DNA from: Cyanobacteria bacterium P01_A01_bin.123
Lineage (GTDB): Bacteria; Cyanobacteriota; Cyanobacteriia; Phormidesmidales; Phormidesmidaceae
DNA: 64,000 bases
Direction of reading: 5' to 3'
Assembly: GCA_039815185.1 (NCBI GenBank)
Contig: JBCBZT010000017.1
Location: 32,001 to 96,000, forward strand
The notes under the pieces were generated by a model that saw nothing but the letters and a program-made list of their open reading frames with translations, was not told where the DNA came from and searched no databases. Position numbers and translations under genes: made by a program. Positions 58,660 to 64,000 of this stretch are shown piece after piece. Within the stretch, counting starts at the first letter, position 1, and each line of letters opens with the position of its first letter.

Positions 58660-61600
58660 TTAGGCAGCGGTATTGACCAACTGCTCTAACGTTTTCAAGA
58701 GTACATGCTCGTTGTATGGCTTAGAGAAATAGGCGTTTGCGCCCAGGTTCATGGCGATCTGGCGGTGCTTTTGACCACTGCGAGACGTTAACATAATCAC
58801 CGGAATCGGTTCAAATGTGGCGTCTGCTTTCGCTTTGCCCAGGAAGCCATAGCCATCGAGTCGGGGCATTTCAATATCGCAGATTACAGCCTGGGGCCGC
58901 AATCCCTCTTGGAGCTTATCGAGGGCGTCTTGCCCGTCTCGTGCCTGTTCAACCCGATAACCCGCTTTTTCTAGGGTTAGGGCTAAGAATCGCCGGACGT
59001 TAATAGAGTCGTCCACAATCAACAGGGTCGGTCGAGTGTGAGAGGCGATCGCGGGCAGTAGCCCCGATTGGCGACGATCGGAGTCAGGTAATTCGTAAGC
59101 TGATTTGACTGCGAGTTTAGGTTCTGCCATATTGGAGCGCTGATTGCTGGTAATCCAGCGCAGCAGTTCTGGAATACTGACCAAGGGCACAACCCGGCCA
59201 TCCCCCAAAATCGTACAGTTGCTAAAGCCAGCAGGTAAGGGTAAATCTCCCTCAACCCGGCGGATAGCCACCTCCTGCTCACCCCAACAGCGATCGACTT
59301 GCAAGCCAACGCACTGCCCGCCATTGTTAACGACTAAAACCGTAAAGGTATCGATCGCTGGCGGCGTCTCTAACTTGTAATTCGGGCGGGGGCCATTGAA
59401 GGCTAACCAATCGGAGAGGCGGACTAGGGGAATCAAGCGATCGCCCCACTTAAAGCCTTCATGCTGGGCCGTTGACATGACCGCTTCTGGTGGTAGCAAG
59501 AGAATTTCTTCCATCACGTCGGTTGGAATGGCCAAAGCCATATTCCGACTTTCAGCCAAGAGGATGCGGGCGACCGATAGCGTAAAGGGAACCGATAACG
59601 TAAATGTGGTGCCCTGACCCGGTTCAGTATCTACGGTGATCTCGCCACGCATCTGCTTGAGATTGTTGCGCACCACATCCATACCGACGCCTCGGCCAGA
59701 CAGATCGGTCACTTCAGTCGAGGTCGAAAAGCCCGGTTCAAAAATGAGTGACAGCAATTCTTGATGGCTAGCCGCAGCTAAAAGTTCGGCGTCTAGCCCC
59801 ATTTGCTCAGCTCGGCGTCGAACTTTGTCAAGGGGAATGCCGCGACCATCATCTTTAACCGTAATCAGAGTGCGGTTCTGGCGATGGGTGGCGCGAATCT
59901 CAATTAAGCCCTGGCGAGATTTGCCGCTCGTCATTCGCGTATTGGGATCTTCAAGTCCATGGTCGAACGCATTACGCAACAGATGCATCAATGGATCGGC
60001 CAGGTTCTCTAGAATATTGCGATCGACTAGGGTATTGCCGCCCACCACTTTGAGCTCAACCTCTTTGTTGTGCTCTAAACAAAGATCCCGCAGCGCTCGT
60101 GGGAAGCGCTCTAGGATATCAGATAGGGGTCGCATCCGGACTTGGGTGAGTCCGGTTTGCAACTGCTTGCCTGTTTTGTTGAATTTGCGCCCGGTTTGCT
60201 CGGTTTCTTCGAGTTCGAGTTCAACGTCGCTGGTGACCTCCTGAATCTGGACGATAGTTTCCATCATCTCCTGGGAAAGGAGATGCAGGTCACCATAGCG
60301 GTCCATTTCTAGGGTGTCGAAGGTATTACCATGCCCATTGGGTTGCTGAGTGGCCGCATCCGTCAAAGGCTGAGGTTGGGCGTCAGCGGCGGGTAGTAAG
60401 CGCTTAGGCTCAACCAGGCGCTGGCCAACGGCAACCTGGTCGTAGGCAGAACGCAACTGGCTATTGGCTTGATCTAAGGTTTGAACCCGTTGTTTGAGCT
60501 TGTCGATTAGACCCCGGAGCCGACTGACATTGAGCGTCAGGCTGTTGCGCTCAATGGTGAGTTCACCCATCAAATCGTTGAGCGCGTTGAGCCGCTTAAC
60601 CGATACCCGCACGTTAGTATCTTGCTCTTCTTCCTCGGGTGGGGAACTGTCCGGCTTGACTTCTAAGGGCCTACCGCTTTGAGCCGGGGGTGTCGCGACC
60701 TCATCATCTATGGAGAAGCTGGCATCGCTGATGACTTCAGCGGCAACTGAGAAATCAGGCAACTCAGTGGCTTGCGAAGATAACTGAAAGTCAAAGTCAG
60801 CGGCATCTGCGGCAGTGACTGGGGGCTCAATTGGCGCTGTGGTAGGCCAAGTCTCTATATTGTCAGCCGTGACGTCTGTGACTGCAATGTCTGCCAGTGG
60901 AACCTCTGCTGCTGACAGCTCTGGGGAAGCATCGAAATCGGCGATTGATACCGGTAACAGACCCATTTGCCCGGTGAGCACCAGCGCCTGAGACTGCCGC
61001 CAAGCCGCCACTGCCTGCTGAGCAATGATGCCGTAGTGTTCAGGTGTTGCTTCCAGCTGGGCTGTGACCGACTGACACAGGGCAGTAAAGGCAGATATTT
61101 GCAGCATCTCCCCTAGTCCCTGTAGCTCCTGCGCCAGGATCAGCACTTCTTCATTCAGACAGGGCTGTTGCGGGTCGGCTAAGATCGCCTCTAGCCGCTG
61201 TAAGCAGCCTTCGACCTCAGTCTCAAACAGCATCGGGATAATGTCTTGCCCCTCTTCCGGTGATAGCATCGAGGCGGCATCCTCTTCTTGGGGATCGCCC
61301 AAGCGTTGGTGCAGCTGCTCAAAAATCGGCTCAACTTGATTTTCCAACCACGCCTGCTCTACGGGGAGTTGCTGTCGATTCAAGCCAATCACTTGATTTA
61401 AACAGTCAACCCCAGATAGCAACAATTGCTCTAGCTCTGGGTCTATCTCTAGCTGCTGCTTCTGAATCTTCAGCACTTTGAAGGAATCTTCTAGCCTGTG
61501 TGCTAGTCGATTCAGGACTGAATACCCCATCATGCCAGCACCGCCTTTAATGGAATGGGCCGCCCGCAGGGCACCATTAATTTTTTCGGTGTCGACTTGG

Positions 61601-61701
61601 CTATGGGCCACGCCCAGCAGAGCCGCCTCTAAGGTGCCAAGATACTCTTGAGCTTCGTCGAGAAACTGCAGCCTAATTTCCAGTTCCCTAGCGTCCGACA
61701 T
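58660..61701 (-). CDS. CheA-like hybrid kinase (Hpt, HATPase, CheW, REC), PixL/TaxAY type
   Basis: AHSIKGGAG, HLLRNAFDHG, DDGRG, SGRGVGMDVV, LIVDDS...CDIEMP. Confidence 0.93.
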   Translation of the reverse strand: MSDARELEIRLQFLDEAQEYLGTLEAALLGVAHSQVDTEKINGALRAAHSIKGGAGMMGYSVLNRLAHRLEDSFKVLKIQKQQLEIDPELEQLLLSGVDCLNQVIGLNRQQLPVEQAWLENQVEPIFEQLHQRLGDPQEEDAASMLSPEEGQDIIPMLFETEVEGCLQRLEAILADPQQPCLNEEVLILAQELQGLGEMLQISAFTALCQSVTAQLEATPEHYGIIAQQAVAAWRQSQALVLTGQMGLLPVSIADFDASPELSAAEVPLADIAVTDVTADNIETWPTTAPIEPPVTAADAADFDFQLSSQATELPDFSVAAEVISDASFSIDDEVATPPAQSGRPLEVKPDSSPPEEEEQDTNVRVSVKRLNALNDLMGELTIERNSLTLNVSRLRGLIDKLKQRVQTLDQANSQLRSAYDQVAVGQRLVEPKRLLPAADAQPQPLTDAATQQPNGHGNTFDTLEMDRYGDLHLLSQEMMETIVQIQEVTSDVELELEETEQTGRKFNKTGKQLQTGLTQVRMRPLSDILERFPRALRDLCLEHNKEVELKVVGGNTLVDRNILENLADPLMHLLRNAFDHGLEDPNTRMTSGKSRQGLIEIRATHRQNRTLITVKDDGRGIPLDKVRRRAEQMGLDAELLAAASHQELLSLIFEPGFSTSTEVTDLSGRGVGMDVVRNNLKQMRGEITVDTEPGQGTTFTLSVPFTLSVARILLAESRNMALAIPTDVMEEILLLPPEAVMSTAQHEGFKWGDRLIPLVRLSDWLAFNGPRPNYKLETPPAIDTFTVLVVNNGGQCVGLQVDRCWGEQEVAIRRVEGDLPLPAGFSNCTILGDGRVVPLVSIPELLRWITSNQRSNMAEPKLAVKSAYELPDSDRRQSGLLPAIASHTRPTLLIVDDSINVRRFLALTLEKAGYRVEQARDGQDALDKLQEGLRPQAVICDIEMPRLDGYGFLGKAKADATFEPIPVIMLTSRSGQKHRQIAMNLGANAYFSKPYNEHVLLKTLEQLVNTAA

Positions 61702-61705
61702 TGTC

Positions 61706-64000
61706 TTACCCCTCAGCGTCAACTTTGAATGTGCCAACCGATGATTGAAGCTCTTGAGCCACAGCTACAGTAGAGTGCAGGGCATCAGAGACATGCCGTG
61801 ATGAGTCAGAAGTCTGCTTGGAGGCTTCTGCAACCGTATGCATCAATTTGGAAACGGATGTAGACGTTTCTACCTGAGATACCGTTGCCGTTGAAATGGA
61901 TTGCACCAATTGATCAATTTGGCGAGAAACGTCCAGAATTTGACCCAGGCTGGCTTTAGTCTCTTCTACTGAGCGTGTTCCCTCGACCACTTGCGTCGTG
62001 CTCTGCTCCATGGCTTCGACTACCTCGGCGGTCTCTCGCTGAATGGCTTCGACGATTTTCTCAATTTCTTGAGTCGCGTTGGAAGAGCGGTTTGCCAGTT
62101 CGCCTACTTCTTCCGCGACTACGGCAAAGCCCTGACCTTCTTCCCCAGCGCGGGCTGCTTCAATTCCCGCGTTGATGGCCAGCAAGTTAGTTTGTACTGC
62201 GATTTGGTTAATCAGCGAGACAACCCTAGAGATTTGCTGAGAGGATTCGCCCAGACGTTTCACCTGCTTAGCAGTCGTCCCTACCGTCTCTCTTAGCGTT
62301 AGGATATTTTGTTCTGTCCGATTCATCGCCATACTGCCAGTTTCGGCTGTCAAGGCAGCAGTGCGCGTCACTTGGGCTGCTTGACGGGCGCTTTCAGCGA
62401 CTGACTCGATTGATTGGGTCATGGTTTCAACCGAGCTGAGCGCATCAGTGATGTTTTCAGCCTGGCTTAGGGCTTTGTCAGCCAGTTGACGAATCGCCGC
62501 CTCGTTGTCACCGACGGATAGGTTTACCTGTCGAGCGGAATCTTTTACCTGAGTTACGATTTGCCGCAAACTCTCGATAATAGAGTTAAAGAAGTCAGCT
62601 ACGGTGCCGATGTCGCCTGCGGTAACGTCGGCACGAACCGTCAAATCACCGCTGGATGCGCCTTCTATTTCACTGAGCAGATTGACAAGCTGCATCTGCA
62701 GAGCTTCTTTTTGCTGCTGTTGTTCGGATGCGATCGATTGCGCTTGGTCAGCCGCGGCTGCTCGCTGAATCAATAGATCACTGCGATCAAGGGCTGAGCT
62801 AACCTGGGTTGTTACCTGGGTAAAATACTCAATTTCTGAATCCTGCCAGTCGCGGGGGCCAGAACATTGGTGAGCAATCAACAACCCCATTAGCTGCTCG
62901 CCTCTATTGATTGGGGCGACCAGATTGGCTTTGACGGCAAAGGGCTCTAGCTGTCTGAGGTGGCACTCTGTTAGCCCTGCTTTGGAGATATCTGGGGTAG
63001 CTTGAACTCGCCCCTGTTGATACTTGTTGACGTAATCTTTTTCAAAACAGGGATCATGGATTTCGGCGTTAAGGGCACGGGGCCACTCACTGTCTACTGA
63101 TTCGTGGGTAACTGTCCCTTTCCAGGTTTCGTCGAAGCGATAAATGATTACTCGATCTGCGTCGATGTTTTGTCGAATTTTGGCTAAGGGCAGCTGGGCC
63201 AAAATGGCTTCCGGTGTTTCCGCTTGGGTGGCTTCCAGGGTAATGTTCTTTAGGGATTGAGCGTATTCGGTTGCGACTTCCCGCTGGACTAACAGGTCGC
63301 TGCGGTCGAGAGCTAAGCCAATCTGGGTTGCAATTTGGGCAAAGAAGTTGATTTCCTGCTTTTGCCAGTCGCGGGGGCCAGAGCATTGGTGGGCAATCAA
63401 CAGTCCTATTAACTGGTTGCCTTTCTTGATTGGGGTAACTAGGTTGGCTTTGACGGCAAAGGGTTCTAGCTGCCTGAGGTGACACTCTGTCAGGCCAGCA
63501 TTGTAGATATCGGGGGTGGCCTGTACCCGTCCCCGTTGGTATTTGGCAACATAGTCTTTTTCAAAGCAGGGGTCGTAGATTTCAGCACCGAGGGCACGGG
63601 GCCACTGGCTGGCCACAGCCTCGTGGGTAATGGTGCCTTTCCAAGTTTCGTCAAAACTATAAACTAGGATCCGATCTGCCTTGATCGTGTTGCGTACTTT
63701 CTCTAGGGGTAGCAGGTTTAGAACCTTCTCTGGGGTTTCAGCTTGGGTAATCTCAAAGGTGAAATCTTTGAGAAACTCTGCCCGTTCTGCTTCTGACTCT
63801 CGCCCTTGCAGGAAGGTTAACTGATCCAGCATGTTGCCGAGCTGGGCTGCCAATTGCCGCATAAAGGCGACTTCTGAGTCTTGCCAAGCGTGGACTTGAG
63901 CGCAGTGATGAGCAATGAGCAACCCAAAGAGCTGGCCTTCTCTCAAAATCGGCACCACTAGATTGGCCTTAATTTGCAGCCGCTCCATTAGCCTCAGGTG
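61706..64000 (-). CDS. pixJ: Multi-GAF methyl-accepting phototaxis receptor with DXCF cyanobacteriochrome domains (PixJ-like); 5' end outside the window
   Basis: Two GAFs with DPCF...CH plus a partial third; MCP hairpin [30 protein letters not shown]. Confidence 0.85.
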   Translation of the reverse strand, partial: HLRLMERLQIKANLVVPILREGQLFGLLIAHHCAQVHAWQDSEVAFMRQLAAQLGNMLDQLTFLQGRESEAERAEFLKDFTFEITQAETPEKVLNLLPLEKVRNTIKADRILVYSFDETWKGTITHEAVASQWPRALGAEIYDPCFEKDYVAKYQRGRVQATPDIYNAGLTECHLRQLEPFAVKANLVTPIKKGNQLIGLLIAHQCSGPRDWQKQEINFFAQIATQIGLALDRSDLLVQREVATEYAQSLKNITLEATQAETPEAILAQLPLAKIRQNIDADRVIIYRFDETWKGTVTHESVDSEWPRALNAEIHDPCFEKDYVNKYQQGRVQATPDISKAGLTECHLRQLEPFAVKANLVAPINRGEQLMGLLIAHQCSGPRDWQDSEIEYFTQVTTQVSSALDRSDLLIQRAAAADQAQSIASEQQQQKEALQMQLVNLLSEIEGASSGDLTVRADVTAGDIGTVADFFNSIIESLRQIVTQVKDSARQVNLSVGDNEAAIRQLADKALSQAENITDALSSVETMTQSIESVAESARQAAQVTRTAALTAETGSMAMNRTEQNILTLRETVGTTAKQVKRLGESSQQISRVVSLINQIAVQTNLLAINAGIEAARAGEEGQGFAVVAEEVGELANRSSNATQEIEKIVEAIQRETAEVVEAMEQSTTQVVEGTRSVEETKASLGQILDVSRQIDQLVQSISTATVSQVETSTSVSKLMHTVAEASKQTSDSSRHVSDALHSTVAVAQELQSSVGTFKVDAEG

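Larger units (their letters stand above)
1..64000. repeat. HIP1 octamer GCGATCGC, highly iterated through the window
   Basis: Dozens of occurrences, e.g. near 1376, 5014, 9063, 15923, 21060 and overlapping pairs near 52524. Confidence 0.95.

Noticed and set aside
45..63667. The many short ORFs nested in or antisense to the genes above
   Set aside because: Shadow ORFs of well-supported genes, with no independent evidence
62760..63720. Duplicated GAF DNA as a DGR template/variable repeat pair
   Set aside because: Differences are not adenine-specific, both copies are in-frame domains of one protein, and no reverse transcriptase is present
1..64000. tRNA, rRNA, transposase, integrase or prophage genes
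   Set aside because: No recognisable signatures by eye; a tRNAscan/Infernal run would be needed to exclude small RNAs fully

Overview
Chromosomal segment of a cyanobacterium. Evidence: abundant HIP1 GCGATCGC octamers, psbV, petE, ycf23, a cruP-like gene and a pixJ/pixL-type phototaxis operon. It is mostly core genes (thiE-thiS, accD, psbV, petE, aspA, hom, NDH-2, exbB-exbD-exbD, ABC transporters, site-2 protease, ABC1 kinase) with a few accessory genes. I saw no rRNA, tRNA, CRISPR array, transposase or integrase. Most notable observations: (1) a single-chain MNT-HEPN (MntA-HepT-like) toxin-antitoxin fusion with both catalytic motifs intact and an internal Met at the junction; (2) an ATPase/PD-(D/E)XK gene broken by a reconstructable template-switch event that left a perfect 18-bp-arm hairpin; (3) a stand-alone allophanate-hydrolase-C-terminal/GGCT-like gene divergent from a permease-less ABC uptake pair; (4) an atypical squalene/phytoene-synthase-fold protein; (5) a PP2C phosphatase with an apparent pseudokinase domain; (6) an SLC9B/NHA2-like antiporter-USP fusion; (7) a Yfr2-like sRNA; (8) two families of short dispersed intergenic repeats and many long perfect inverted repeats. 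All family calls come from motif recognition by eye; no searches were run.
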